NCBI GenBank assembly: GCA_033764315.1
Contig: JANRJA010000172.1
Span: forward strand, 1 to 64,000
From: Oculatellaceae cyanobacterium bins.114
GTDB lineage: Bacteria; Cyanobacteriota; Cyanobacteriia; Elainellales; Elainellaceae
Length of the DNA: 64,000 nucleotides
Direction of reading: 5' to 3'
Part shown: positions 38,778 through 49,788 of the stretch, piece by piece
Layout: each line of letters starts with the position of its first letter
Position numbering within the stretch: the first letter of the stretch is position 1
The notes under the pieces: generated by a model
What the model saw: only the letters and a program-made list of their open reading frames with translations
What the model was told of the DNA's origin: nothing
Database searches by the model: none
Position numbers and translations under genes: made by a program

Positions 38778-38829
38778 GCGGATATCTGACTAGATTCCTT
38801 CTTTTTCGCGTTCTCTTGTCTTGCTTAGA

Positions 38830-40176
38830 CTAGGGCATTGCATCTTTTGCCCGATACAACAGATAGGCACCCCGCAGATACCACATCCGCAATGCGGGCA
38901 AAGGAAACGCTTTGAGGGGTTGTCTCACCACGGCACAAAGACTTTGAATCTGGCTTTGACCTGCCACAATTTGGGCGATCGCCCGACCACTCCAGGTGCC
39001 TGTGGCAACACCATTGCCGTGATAGGCGAGGGCATAAAACACGCTTGTATCCTCTGCTAGAGCCCCTATATGAGGCACTAACGCGGCTGAGAGACACACT
39101 AGCCCATTCCAAAAATGGGTGATCTCAACCTCTTTCCAGGCAGGAAACATCTCGCCCAAGCGACGGGTCATCCAACGACGACGGCGATCGCCCTCAGCAA
39201 CATCTCCCACCGTGCCTCCCCGACTGCCCAATAAAAATCGGCCATCTTTTAACAAGCGATAATAAAACAACAAATTGCGCGTGTCATAAATGGGAGTTTC
39301 GGTGCGCCACCCTTGCGCCTCTAGTTCCGTCTGGGTTAACGGGCGAGTCGTAATAATATTGGACAGGGCAGGCAAGAAGCGATCGCGAAATCCTGGATAT
39401 AGCCCATCTTGAGTGTAGCCATTGGTGGCGACAATCACCTGCTTTGCTCTCACGGTACCTTGAGGAGTGTGCAGCAGATGCCACTCTCCTGACTTTTCCC
39501 AGACCGTTACCGGACTGTGAGGAAACAACATAGCTCCGTGTCGTCGGGCAGATTGACCCAACCCCACTGTGTACTTAAAGGGATTTAAACCAAACCCCAC
39601 CCCAACCCGCAAGGCACCCTTTGCCTCTGGGCTGCGAAAACCATATTCTGACAGATCTTTTTGTGACCAGAGTTGACAGGGGTAGTCTGCGACTTCAGTA
39701 AAAAATTCATACTCTTCTTCTAACTCAGCCCACCGCGATATCGTGTGAGCTGAGACAATTTCGCCATCGCCCTGAGCGTCAATCTCAATCGCTTCAGCGA
39801 TCGCCAGTTGTCGCACCAGATGTGTGGCTTCCTGCTGGTCTTGAAAATAGCGATGCGTTTGATCTCGCCCAAACTGCTTTAGCAACTCCTCATTGGATAG
39901 ACGAGTAGAACCGATGCAACAAAAACCTCCGTTACGCCCAGAGGCACCCCAGGCGATCGCTCCGGCTTCTAACACGCACGCTTGAATCTGATGATCACGA
40001 GCCAAGTGGAGTGCAGCGGAGAGTCCCGTAATGCCACCCCCAATAATGGCAACCTCGCAAGTGTGATCGCACTGGAGCGGTAGATTGTAAATTTGATCGG
40101 GATCAACCGTCGTCTCCCAATAGCTTTGAACTGGACGAGAGCGATCGTAAACGAGTGAATTGTAGAGCGTCGTCAT
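38830..40176 (-). CDS. FAD-dependent oxidoreductase (DAO/PuuB-like)
   Basis: IIGGGITGLSAA, GASGRNGG, ATNGY, YHGNGV. Confidence 0.9.
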   Translation of the reverse strand: MTTLYNSLVYDRSRPVQSYWETTVDPDQIYNLPLQCDHTCEVAIIGGGITGLSAALHLARDHQIQACVLEAGAIAWGASGRNGGFCCIGSTRLSNEELLKQFGRDQTHRYFQDQQEATHLVRQLAIAEAIEIDAQGDGEIVSAHTISRWAELEEEYEFFTEVADYPCQLWSQKDLSEYGFRSPEAKGALRVGVGFGLNPFKYTVGLGQSARRHGAMLFPHSPVTVWEKSGEWHLLHTPQGTVRAKQVIVATNGYTQDGLYPGFRDRFLPALSNIITTRPLTQTELEAQGWRTETPIYDTRNLLFYYRLLKDGRFLLGSRGGTVGDVAEGDRRRRWMTRRLGEMFPAWKEVEITHFWNGLVCLSAALVPHIGALAEDTSVFYALAYHGNGVATGTWSGRAIAQIVAGQSQIQSLCAVVRQPLKAFPLPALRMWYLRGAYLLYRAKDAMP

Positions 40177-40285
40177 GCTATCAAAAGCGCGTTTTCATAT
40201 CCTACAAGACTTTAGGAAATAGGAAGTGGTTCATCAGGAGTGAAATGCGGGATGACGAAGCGATCGCCTGAAGGTAATGCCAAGG

Positions 40286-42274
40286 CTATGGGTCAAGTGC
40301 CGTCTCGCTCTTAAACAGAGGCAGTCTTACGGTAAACGTAGCTCCCTGACCTTCTCCCAAACTCTCTGCTTGAACTGTTCCACCATGCAATTCCACCAAA
40401 TGCCGCACGATCGCCAACCCTAGCCCCAAGCCACCAAATTTACGAGTAGTCTTGCCATCCTCTTGCCGGAAATACTCAAATACATGAGGCAAAAAATTGG
40501 GATCAATGCCTTTGCCAGTGTCGCTGACAGTGATTTGAGCATAGGAGTAGAGAGGCGCATGGGTTGATGGGTCAATCGGCAATAGGACGCCCTCCCCCCT
40601 CTCCTCTGCACATGTACCCTCAACCCATTCCAATCGCACCTCTATCTGACCCTCTACCGCCGTAAACTTAACGGCATTACTGAGTAGATTCCAGACCACT
40701 TGTTGAAGACGAGCAGAATCTCCCAAGGCATGCCCAACGATAGGATCAAACCTGGTTTGAATTTGAATAGACTTAACTTCCGCCGCTAAGCGCATCGTTT
40801 CTATTGCAGATTCAATGACAAACACCAAATTAACAGGAGCCATGTGGAGGATCAGTTTGCCTTTTAGGATGCGAGAGACATCTAACAAATCCTCAATCAG
40901 TTGAGTTTGCAGTTTGGCGTTACGCTCGATAGTCTCTAGAGCAAAAGCCGTTCTTTCGGCATCTAATCTGCCAGTGCGGAGCAAAGTTGACCAACCGAGA
41001 ATGGGGTTGAGGGGAGTACGCAACTCATGCGATAGCACCGCTAAAAACTCATCTTTGATTCGGTTTGCTGCCTCTGCTTCCTCTCTTGCCGATTCAACTC
41101 GCATCAGGTTTTCACTGCGCTCTTGCTCTTGTTGCGCTAACAAGTTTGCAGCAAATTCTAGAGATTGTCCTAATAAGACCACCTCTTTAATAGAGAGCGG
41201 GCTGATTTGAGGATATTCACCGTTTGCTAACGCTGCTGCGGCTGCTGCGGCTGAGGTGATGCTGCGAGAAATTTGTCGCGAGAGAATGAATGCACCAATA
41301 CCGCTGACTAATAGCAAGACTAGCCCAGTGCTGATCACCAGCCAAATGGCTTGACGGGCTGGCTGTTGAATGACGTTGACGGGCACCGTGACAGCAACCG
41401 TCCAGGAGGAGTTCTCGACCCGGCAAAAGGCGACGTAAACTTTCATGCCTTCTAGGGTTGTATCTTGATAGACTCCCTCAGGGGCTTCTCCAATTCGCTT
41501 TAAAAAAGAGGGTGTCCCTCGTTGCCCAATAAACCGTTCTGGGTTGCGGGTGCGAGCCACCACCACCCCTTGACCATCAACCACGGTGCGAGTCCATTCG
41601 CCATCAATCCGGGTCTGCTCAGCCACGACATTGGCCAGTGCTTTTTGGGTGATGATTGCTGTGAGAACGTATTGCAGATTGCCATCGCGTATTACCGGAA
41701 CCCGCACTGGAATAGCAATCAGATCTGGCTCAAGCTTTACCTGCGCTAAATTGCCGAGAGTTGGTTGGCGCGTTTCAACGACTCGTCGTAAACTTTCTGG
41801 TTCGATAACAGGGGGCAATTGCCGACTAAACGGTTGTCGAGTATTCAAAAGCTGCTGACCGTTGGGTGTTAAGAGAATCACAGATACCCACGTAGCTTGG
41901 GTTTGTGTCACCTGTTTTGCTTGGCTGTAAAAGGTGCTCAAATCTCCCTGGTTAAGTTGTTCGGATGCGGCTAGAGCTTGGAGGGTTCGGGTTGTGCTAG
42001 AAAACTCGTGCTCTACGGTCTCTGCTAGATTGCGAGCAGCCATCAAGATGCGTCGCTCTGATGCGGCTTGTTCCTGGCTAGAGAGCCGATAGACCACTGC
42101 AATAGCAAATAACACGACTGGCAATAAAGTTCCTGCTACTAGCAGAACTAGATACCACCTCAACGAAAGCGTTTCGTGGATAGAAGCGGTCGGATAGGGA
42201 TAGACCTTGGTTGAGGCAATCCGCTGAATGAGCGGGCTTAGAAATCCAGTACTAGTAGACTTTTCTTCCGCCAT
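40286..42274 (-). CDS. Membrane sensor histidine kinase with an extracytoplasmic Cache-like domain
   Basis: Two TM segments flanking the sensor; SHELRTPLN; HATPase boxes; no C-terminal REC. Confidence 0.92.
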   Translation of the reverse strand: MAEEKSTSTGFLSPLIQRIASTKVYPYPTASIHETLSLRWYLVLLVAGTLLPVVLFAIAVVYRLSSQEQAASERRILMAARNLAETVEHEFSSTTRTLQALAASEQLNQGDLSTFYSQAKQVTQTQATWVSVILLTPNGQQLLNTRQPFSRQLPPVIEPESLRRVVETRQPTLGNLAQVKLEPDLIAIPVRVPVIRDGNLQYVLTAIITQKALANVVAEQTRIDGEWTRTVVDGQGVVVARTRNPERFIGQRGTPSFLKRIGEAPEGVYQDTTLEGMKVYVAFCRVENSSWTVAVTVPVNVIQQPARQAIWLVISTGLVLLLVSGIGAFILSRQISRSITSAAAAAAALANGEYPQISPLSIKEVVLLGQSLEFAANLLAQQEQERSENLMRVESAREEAEAANRIKDEFLAVLSHELRTPLNPILGWSTLLRTGRLDAERTAFALETIERNAKLQTQLIEDLLDVSRILKGKLILHMAPVNLVFVIESAIETMRLAAEVKSIQIQTRFDPIVGHALGDSARLQQVVWNLLSNAVKFTAVEGQIEVRLEWVEGTCAEERGEGVLLPIDPSTHAPLYSYAQITVSDTGKGIDPNFLPHVFEYFRQEDGKTTRKFGGLGLGLAIVRHLVELHGGTVQAESLGEGQGATFTVRLPLFKSETALDP

Positions 42275-42577
42275 TTATTTCTTATGTTGTCAGCTATAAG
42301 GGGAGGTTGTGCGAAAAGGCTACGATGATGTCGCCTAAAAGAACGCAATCATCACGTTTGGCTCTTGTTAGAGCAATGTTATAGCACCTGAAGAGTTAGT
42401 AAGAACGGGGTATAGGGGTTTCGGCATAAGCATTCAGCGTTCGGCGAAGCTTTACCAAACGTCTGAGTTCACACCAAAGTTTGGACGGAACCTCTGAATC
42501 CCCCTTCACCCACTTGGATTGACTATCTTGACAGTTGTCATAGGGAAATTGAGTCAGGTCAATAAACCGTGTTTGCG

Positions 42578-42629
42578 ATCGCCATACTGAATTGCCATAC
42601 TGAATCGCCATACTAAATCGCCATACTTA
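42578..42629. repeat. 13-bp tandem repeat x4
   Basis: ATCGCCATACTGA, ATTGCCATACTGA, ATCGCCATACTAA, ATCGCCATACTTA. Confidence 0.88.
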
Positions 42630-42872
42630 ATGTGTATCCCTTGTCTGTGGTAGTTTCACATCTCTCAGTGTAGGTATGTTCAACCATTTGATGCTTTTCT
42701 TTTACTCTTTACTCCACAAAAACCTTCCCTAAGCTATAGCAACAGTTCCCACTTCTGAGCGATGAGCACAAGCGCGATCTCCGCGATGGTAACTACAGAA
42801 GGATTATGTCTCATTGCAGAGTTACGCTCCGCAGGAAACTACGTGAGATTTAGTGTTTAAAGAGGGAAAATC

Positions 42873-45800
42873 ATGCTTCATTGGCTAGCTGGGGTAACGC
42901 TCAGAACCTGGCACCTGTGGATGGTTCAGGTTCCAGTCGCTCCGCCGATTTCAACTCCTGAAGAGGTATCACAACTTCCTTCAGGGCCACAGTTCTTCAT
43001 AACATTAGTTGCAGGGTTATTGTTGGCTTTTGCGATTCAACTGCTGTTGACTAACTTGTCAGTAGCAGCGGGAATCTCTTACTTGGGTCGTTCATCCGAT
43101 GACGACGATCGCGATCGCAGCAAATCAGATCGTGATGGAGTCGGCTCTACCATTCGCAAGATCGGCTTTGGCGTCGGCTTGTGGACTCTCATCACCGTCA
43201 GCATCGCCTTGTTTGTAGCGTGTTATCTGGCAGTACAGTTGATCTTGCTAGAGAGTGCGGGTTTAGGGGCGATCATGGGTTTGGTTATTTGGGCTGCCTA
43301 CTTTTCGTTGTTAGTGTGGGTTAGCTCCACCACCGTTGGATCGCTGATTGGCTCAATTGTCAACAGTGCTACGAGTGGCTTTCAGGCGATCGTTGGCACG
43401 GCTGCGGCGGCGTTGGGTGCTAAGACGGTCAATCAACAAGTGGTCGCAACGGCTGAGGCAGCGGCAGCAGCAGTACGACGTGAGTTGGGTACTGGCATTG
43501 ACCCTGCGAGCATTCGTGAAAATATTGAAGATTACCTTGAGCGGTTGCGTCCGGCAGAATTTGACTTCTCTAGTGTGCGTAATGAGTTTGAGCGATTGTT
43601 AAATACGCCCGAAGCTAAATCGTTGGTGGGTAGCGATCGCGCTCGTGATGTCACTCGTCAAACCTTTGTAGACCTGATTGGCAGTCGATCTGATTTGTCA
43701 AAGCGTGAAGTCAACCGCTTAGCCGATGAGCTAGAGAGTATATGGCGACGGAGCGTTCAAGATCAGCAACCCGATCGCCTGACAGAATTGCTTGATCAAC
43801 TGCGATCGGCTCAACCCGGTCAACTCAAAAGCGATGAGATCACCGCTAAGCTTGACCAGTTGATTGAAGAAACTCGGCGATCGCGTCAGTCTTCTTCAGA
43901 GGCAACCAAGGCGACTCCTGGTGGGTTGCAGCAAATGATTCCCGCTAGTCTTGCCCCATTGGTGGGCATGGTGATGGGGCGCAGCGATCTCTCTGATCTC
44001 AATATTGAGAAAATTCTCAATCGGGTTAAGTCAACTCAAGATCGAGTCGGTGAGTTGGCAGGTCAAGTCGGCATTAACACCTCAAATGAGCCGTTTAATA
44101 CGATTAAGGCCGATGTTGAGAACTACCTGCTGCATGTCTATGTCTGGCAGTTGAGTCCAGAGACGGTCGAGCTAGAGTTCCGCAATTTGCTCTATGATCC
44201 GGCTGCCGACCCAGGTACCGTGCGCCGTCAAATTGAGCAGATTCGTCGCTCTGACTTTGTGAATATCTTGAACTCTCGTGGTTTGCTGACGCAAAACCAG
44301 ATTCAAGAGAAAGCTGATCAGCTAGAGCGGATTCGGCTAGATGTGTTGAATACCGTTCGAGCCGCCGAAGAGCAAGAAATTGTCTCTGATTTGCATCAAC
44401 GCATCGAAACGTATCTCACCTTTACGCCCCGTGAGCAATTGCTGTCGCCCCAAGACAATGAACGGGCGTTTAGAGCCATTCTGGAGAACTCAGAGGCAGA
44501 TTACGAGACCATGAACACTCGTTTGATGCCATATGATCGCTCCCGCTTTGCTCAGGTGTTGTTCCAGCGTCAAGATATCAGCCCTGCTGAAGCAGAAGCA
44601 TTGGCGCAACAGTTTCAAGAGGTGCGCGATCGCGTCGTAGCCGATTCTCGCAGCAGAACTGAGCAGGCTCAACAACGACTCCAAGCGGCTCAGCAGCGGG
44701 TCGAGAGCTATCTGCAAAACACGGGCCGAGATGAACTCAACCCAGAGAGCATTAAACGGGAATTGCGAATTTTGTTCAACGACCCTCAGCTAGGGTTAGA
44801 TCTGTTGCGCAATCGTGCCTCTCGGTTTGATCGCGATACCCTTGTGCAGTTGCTCAGCCAACGTCAGGATGTCACCCCTGAAGATGCTAACCACATCCTC
44901 GATCAAGTGGAGTCAAACTGGTACAACTTTATTCACGCCCCACAACTGTTGTCGGGCAAAGCTAAAGAGCAATATGACCAGACAACTCAAACCCTGGCTC
45001 AATATCTGCGCAACACCAACTTAGAAGAACTTGACCCCGATGGCATTCAACGAGATGTCAAACGGTTGTTTGAGAACCCCAAAGAAGGATCGTTGGCACT
45101 GCGCGATCGCCTCTCTCGGATGGATCGCGAAACTTTGGTAAGATTGCTCAGCCAGCGTCAAGACCTGAGTGAAGAGCAGGTCAATCAGACGATTGATCGA
45201 GTTCAAGAAGCCATTCGTGATGTCACTCGTGCACCTAAACGGTTGGCACTGCGGACTCAACAGCGAGCCCTTGATTTTGAGGCTAGCATTGAAGAGTATC
45301 TGCGGAATACAGGCAAAGATGAACTGAACCCAGAGGGCATCAAGCGAGATTTGCAATTGTTGTTGCAAGACCCCCGTTTGGGTGCCAGCAGCTTGGGCGA
45401 TCGCCTGTCTCGGTTTGACCGCAATACCATTATTGCGTTGCTATCTCAGCGCAAAGACATGACCCCCGAAGAGGCAGAGCGCATTGTCGCCAATGTTGAA
45501 TCTGTGCGCGACCAAATGCTAGATCAAATCCGTAGCATTCAATATCGCCTACAGTCGGTGATTGATAATATCTTTGCTCGCATTCGGGGTTATCTCAACT
45601 CCCTCAACCGTCCTGAGTTGAACTATGACGATATTAAACGCGACGTTCGGACGCTGTTTAATGATCCTCAGGCTGGGTTTGATGCTCTGCGCGATCGCTT
45701 GGGCCATTTTGACCGTGGTACTCTCGTCGCCCTGATGAGCTCCCGTGAGGATATCTCTGAAGCAGACGCAAACCGCATCATTGACCAAATTGAGTCGGCT

Positions 45801-45995
45801 CGCAATAGTGTCTTGCGTCGTGCTGAGCGGCTGCAACAAGAGGCACAGCGTTACATGGATGAAGTCAAGCGGCAGGCCCAACGGCAAGCCGAGGAAACTC
45901 GCAAAGCGGCTGCCTCTGCTGCCTGGTGGTTGTTTGCAACGGCATTTGTGTCGGCGGCTACCTCGGCTATTGCAGGAGTGCTCGCAGTTCAATAA
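42873..45995 (+). CDS. Large membrane-anchored helical repeat protein of unknown function
   Basis: N-terminal TM segments, C-terminal TM segment, about 95-aa repeats YL..T...ELNP.GIKRD...DP..G...L.DRL..FDR.TL..LLSQR.D. Confidence 0.85.
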   Translation: MLHWLAGVTLRTWHLWMVQVPVAPPISTPEEVSQLPSGPQFFITLVAGLLLAFAIQLLLTNLSVAAGISYLGRSSDDDDRDRSKSDRDGVGSTIRKIGFGVGLWTLITVSIALFVACYLAVQLILLESAGLGAIMGLVIWAAYFSLLVWVSSTTVGSLIGSIVNSATSGFQAIVGTAAAALGAKTVNQQVVATAEAAAAAVRRELGTGIDPASIRENIEDYLERLRPAEFDFSSVRNEFERLLNTPEAKSLVGSDRARDVTRQTFVDLIGSRSDLSKREVNRLADELESIWRRSVQDQQPDRLTELLDQLRSAQPGQLKSDEITAKLDQLIEETRRSRQSSSEATKATPGGLQQMIPASLAPLVGMVMGRSDLSDLNIEKILNRVKSTQDRVGELAGQVGINTSNEPFNTIKADVENYLLHVYVWQLSPETVELEFRNLLYDPAADPGTVRRQIEQIRRSDFVNILNSRGLLTQNQIQEKADQLERIRLDVLNTVRAAEEQEIVSDLHQRIETYLTFTPREQLLSPQDNERAFRAILENSEADYETMNTRLMPYDRSRFAQVLFQRQDISPAEAEALAQQFQEVRDRVVADSRSRTEQAQQRLQAAQQRVESYLQNTGRDELNPESIKRELRILFNDPQLGLDLLRNRASRFDRDTLVQLLSQRQDVTPEDANHILDQVESNWYNFIHAPQLLSGKAKEQYDQTTQTLAQYLRNTNLEELDPDGIQRDVKRLFENPKEGSLALRDRLSRMDRETLVRLLSQRQDLSEEQVNQTIDRVQEAIRDVTRAPKRLALRTQQRALDFEASIEEYLRNTGKDELNPEGIKRDLQLLLQDPRLGASSLGDRLSRFDRNTIIALLSQRKDMTPEEAERIVANVESVRDQMLDQIRSIQYRLQSVIDNIFARIRGYLNSLNRPELNYDDIKRDVRTLFNDPQAGFDALRDRLGHFDRGTLVALMSSREDISEADANRIIDQIESARNSVLRRAERLQQEAQRYMDEVKRQAQRQAEETRKAAASAAWWLFATAFVSAATSAIAGVLAVQ

Positions 45996-46044
45996 GTCTG
46001 TTGTCTATTAACAGCGTTGCATTAGCCAGTCATCCTCTCAAGCT

Positions 46045-46069
46045 AACCTCCCAATCTGGGAGGTTTTTT
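46045..46069 (+). terminator. Rho-independent terminator
   Basis: AACCTCCCA-ATC-TGGGAGGTT followed by a T-run. Confidence 0.8.
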
Positions 46070-46280
46070 ATTAGCCCGTCTATTAGCCCATCACTTGGCG
46101 CAGCGGTTTTTGGAATTGATATGAGGTGATCCCTCACACGGTTCGTTCTAATGGCAGAATAAGTGGGATGGTTTCTCTATGAAAATGTCTTTCTTGCTAC
46201 AAAACCTCTCTTCTTGACGGTGATAGAACGAGTCATGCTGGTGTGAGGAATTAACCCTAACGTAAGGAGTGCTGAAATAA

Positions 46281-46619
<339 letters not shown>

Positions 46620-46626
46620 CCTTCAA

Positions 46627-46654
46627 TCCCCGGTCTTTTAAGGAGACCGGGGAT
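46627..46654. terminator. Hairpin between convergent glnB and rdgB
   Basis: ATCCCCGGTCT...AGACCGGGGAT. Confidence 0.65.
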
Positions 46655-46664
46655 CTTATGTGCT

Positions 46665-47243
46665 CTAAGACGATAAAAGTGGCTTGAGTTGAGGCAATAA
46701 CGTTTGAAATGCCCGTCCTCGATGGCTGATTTTATGTTTCACCTCTGGTGACATTTCAGCAAACGTCATCTGCTGCTCAGGGACATAAAAGATGGGATCA
46801 TACCCAAACCCGCCCGTGCCACGGGCAGCGTGCAAAATTTCACCGGGACAAATGCCCTCGGCTTGCAATACGATCGCCCCATCAGGACGAGCGATCGCCA
46901 CGACACAAACAAACTGCGCTTGCCGATCTAATTCGTTGCCTAGCTCTAATAGCAGCCGTTCGATGCGATCTCGGTCAGAGCTGCCATAGCGAGCCGAATA
47001 CACCCCCGGTGCCCCATCTAGCGCATCCACCATTAACCCCGAATCATCCGCGATCGCCCATTCTCCTGTTGCGATCGCCACTTCCGCGGCTTTGAGACAA
47101 GCATTTTCAGCAAACGTATCTCCTGTCTCTTCGATCTCTAGCTCGTCTGGTTTGAGCACCAGTTCCACATCTAGATCGGTCAGATAAGCTTGCATCTCCC
47201 GAACTTTACCGGGGTTTCCGGTCGCCACAATCAAACGAACCAT
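46665..47243 (-). CDS. rdgB: Non-canonical purine NTP pyrophosphatase (Ham1 family); start at ATG 47243
   Basis: ATGNPGK, ADDSGL, GFGYDPIF, SHRGRA. Confidence 0.95.
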   Translation of the reverse strand: MVRLIVATGNPGKVREMQAYLTDLDVELVLKPDELEIEETGDTFAENACLKAAEVAIATGEWAIADDSGLMVDALDGAPGVYSARYGSSDRDRIERLLLELGNELDRQAQFVCVVAIARPDGAIVLQAEGICPGEILHAARGTGGFGYDPIFYVPEQQMTFAEMSPEVKHKISHRGRAFQTLLPQLKPLLSS

Positions 47244-47391
47244 AGGAAAAAAGAAGAGAAAAAAAAGAAGAAAAGCCCTATGCCATGAATCGTTGGATAG
47301 AATCACTCAATTCAGATAGAGAGTGTAGCAGGTTTCTCCCCAATAAACGACCTCTATCTACCGCGATTCTCTCTTCTTTTTTCTTTTTTCC

Positions 47392-48858
47392 TCAGCTTGC
47401 CCACTCCTTCGCCCAAGCGAGAATCTCATGGACTCGATCGAGGGTTGCCGCTTCAGAATAAAGGCGCAGGACGGGTTCAGTGCCGCTAAAGCGAATGAGG
47501 AGCCAGCTTTGATCGGCTAACTGAAACTTGTAACCGTCGATCGCCAGACAATCGATCACATCCACTCCAGCAATGTTGGCTGGAGGTTGGGTTTGCAGTT
47601 GCTCTAATAGGCGCGATCGCACGTCCATACTGGCGAGGGGCAAGTCGATGCGATCGTAAGCAGCCGTAAAGCCCGTTTGCTCTTGCAACTGACGATATTG
47701 CTCACTCAGATCAAGCCCCGATTGCACAACTGCCTCCAACACATAAAGAGCCGACAATAGGGCATCGCGTTCTGGAATGTGGCTGCCGTAGCCGATACCG
47801 CCCGATTCTTCACCCCCTAGAAAGACTTGTGCCTCTAACATGCGATCGGCGATGTATTTATAGCCAATCGGCGTTTCATGAACAGGCAAGTTGTGAAGTT
47901 TTGCCACCAGGGGAATCAAGTTAGAACCGCTGATAGTTTTGACGATTTCTCCGGTAAAGCCCCGCCGAGTTGCCAGGTGGTGAATCAGAATTGGAATAAG
48001 GATTTGGGAACTGAGGAAGTTGCCCTGCCCGTCAACGGCGGCAATGCGATCGCTGTCTCCATCAAACACTAAACTAACCGACAAGCCCTCTGCTGTTTGC
48101 TGACGGTGGGTTTTAACCTGATCAAATAATTTAGACAGATAACGGGGCAGAGGTTCGGGTGCGCCTCCTTCAAAGAGAGGGTCTGCCTCGCTGTTAATCT
48201 CGCGAATGGGTAAGCCCAAAATTTGCTCTAACCCGCTTGCTGCGGCTCCATGCATGACATCTGCAAACACGGTCAATTTGCCACTGGCGATCGCCTCTTT
48301 GATCGCGGCTAAATCGACCTTTGCCTTGAGCGCATCACAATAGCTCGTCCAGGGGTTAAAGGTCGTGATGGATGCGGTGTTGCCACTATCTGTACTTTGA
48401 GAAGGAGGCTCTTGCAGCATTGCCTCAATTTTTTTTGTCACCTCAGGGGGCACTGATCCACCAAACCCACCTTTAACTTTTAAACCTGAATAAGCGGCTG
48501 GGTTGTGGCTAGCTGTAATCACCAGAGCACCCAAAGCATTGTGTTGCTTAGCTGCCCAACTAAATGCCGGAGTAGGGGCGTAGCACTCTGAGAGCAAAAC
48601 ATCAAACCCCGCTGCTTTCACTGATTCTGCGGTCGCTTGAGCAAACTCAGCCGAGAGAAAACGGCGATCGTAGCCGACGATGATGGTGCGAGTCGGGGTT
48701 TGGTCTCCATAAATGTGCTCTAGGGCTTTTGCTGCCAATGGAGCGACGCGCATCACTCGCTCAAAGGTAAAGTCGGCGGCAATGACACCTCGCCAACCAT
48801 CGGTGCCAAAGGTGATGGGCTTATTAGCAAGGGATGCTGGAGAAAGAGAACCTGCCAT
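47392..48858 (-). CDS. Phosphoglucomutase/phosphomannomutase family protein
   Basis: FGTDGWRG, TASHNP, DGDSDR, GEESGG, RFSGTEP. Confidence 0.95.
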   Translation of the reverse strand: MAGSLSPASLANKPITFGTDGWRGVIAADFTFERVMRVAPLAAKALEHIYGDQTPTRTIIVGYDRRFLSAEFAQATAESVKAAGFDVLLSECYAPTPAFSWAAKQHNALGALVITASHNPAAYSGLKVKGGFGGSVPPEVTKKIEAMLQEPPSQSTDSGNTASITTFNPWTSYCDALKAKVDLAAIKEAIASGKLTVFADVMHGAAASGLEQILGLPIREINSEADPLFEGGAPEPLPRYLSKLFDQVKTHRQQTAEGLSVSLVFDGDSDRIAAVDGQGNFLSSQILIPILIHHLATRRGFTGEIVKTISGSNLIPLVAKLHNLPVHETPIGYKYIADRMLEAQVFLGGEESGGIGYGSHIPERDALLSALYVLEAVVQSGLDLSEQYRQLQEQTGFTAAYDRIDLPLASMDVRSRLLEQLQTQPPANIAGVDVIDCLAIDGYKFQLADQSWLLIRFSGTEPVLRLYSEAATLDRVHEILAWAKEWAS

Positions 48859-49170
48859 ACAACTCTAATACCTCAATGGAATGTGTGGAATCTATAGTGG
48901 CGGTAGATGGGGATGATTTTAGTCAAAAATACTGCTCAATTTTAAGCCGTTCTTTATTCAAGTGGTGTATTTCTTCAATGAAGAGGTAGTTTAATTTCTT
49001 CAAAACGACTGCCCTTAGGAAGGGTATGTAGCAACATTTCCATAGAACAGGAATCACCCCCTTGAAAACGGATTGTGAATTTAATTATTTCGCTTGAAAT
49101 CACACCTGCCTTTAGATAGGTTTTAAGGGCTTAATAGTGGAAAATTCCAATATGTAGGAATTACAGTACA

Positions 49171-49788
49171 GTGGGAATCACAGTCAACTATCAACGCATA
49201 TCACTGGAAAGACTGACTGAGTTGCAAAGCAATTCTGAACGCATCGAACAATTCTTTTGTCCTGAAAATTTAAGGTTAGATGAGCTAATGGATAGCCTCA
49301 AACAAGCTCAAACTCAAAACAACAATAAACTCGTAAAACAGCTAGGGGCAGAATTGAGAGAAGCATTATCCCAAGATAAAGCGAGTGTCTATCGCAACCA
49401 TCTTTTATCTCAAACTCAGCTTTCTATTGAAAAAGAATGGCAAGCCATCCACTATTTACTAACAGGCGAGATTGTGTTTGACAAAAGCCAAATTAAATCA
49501 CCTTTGGGTTCTATAGTGATGGGTGGTGAACGAGCTTTTTCTGAACCTGGCTATGAACATATTCGTTACTTAAACAGCATTGAAGTCAAGGAAATTACCC
49601 AGGCTTTAAATCGATTACCCATGCCTGAGATTCGTCTTAGATTTGAACAGCGGAGGAGCACAAAAATTTATGCTCAGAGGGACGAGTGGAATGAGGAAGC
49701 ATGGGAGTTTTTCCAACAGATTTTTGATTCTTTAACTCGTTTCTTTCATCAAGCGGCTGTCAATAGCGAAGTCATTTTAATATACTAG
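49171..49788 (+). CDS. YfbM/DUF1877 family protein
   Basis: LSIEKEWQAIHYLLTG, RYLNSIEVKEI..AL. Confidence 0.75.
   Translation: MGITVNYQRISLERLTELQSNSERIEQFFCPENLRLDELMDSLKQAQTQNNNKLVKQLGAELREALSQDKASVYRNHLLSQTQLSIEKEWQAIHYLLTGEIVFDKSQIKSPLGSIVMGGERAFSEPGYEHIRYLNSIEVKEITQALNRLPMPEIRLRFEQRRSTKIYAQRDEWNEEAWEFFQQIFDSLTRFFHQAAVNSEVILIY

Noticed and set aside
42578-42629. Possible CRISPR array
   Set aside because: 13-bp contiguous units with no spacers, and no cas genes in the window
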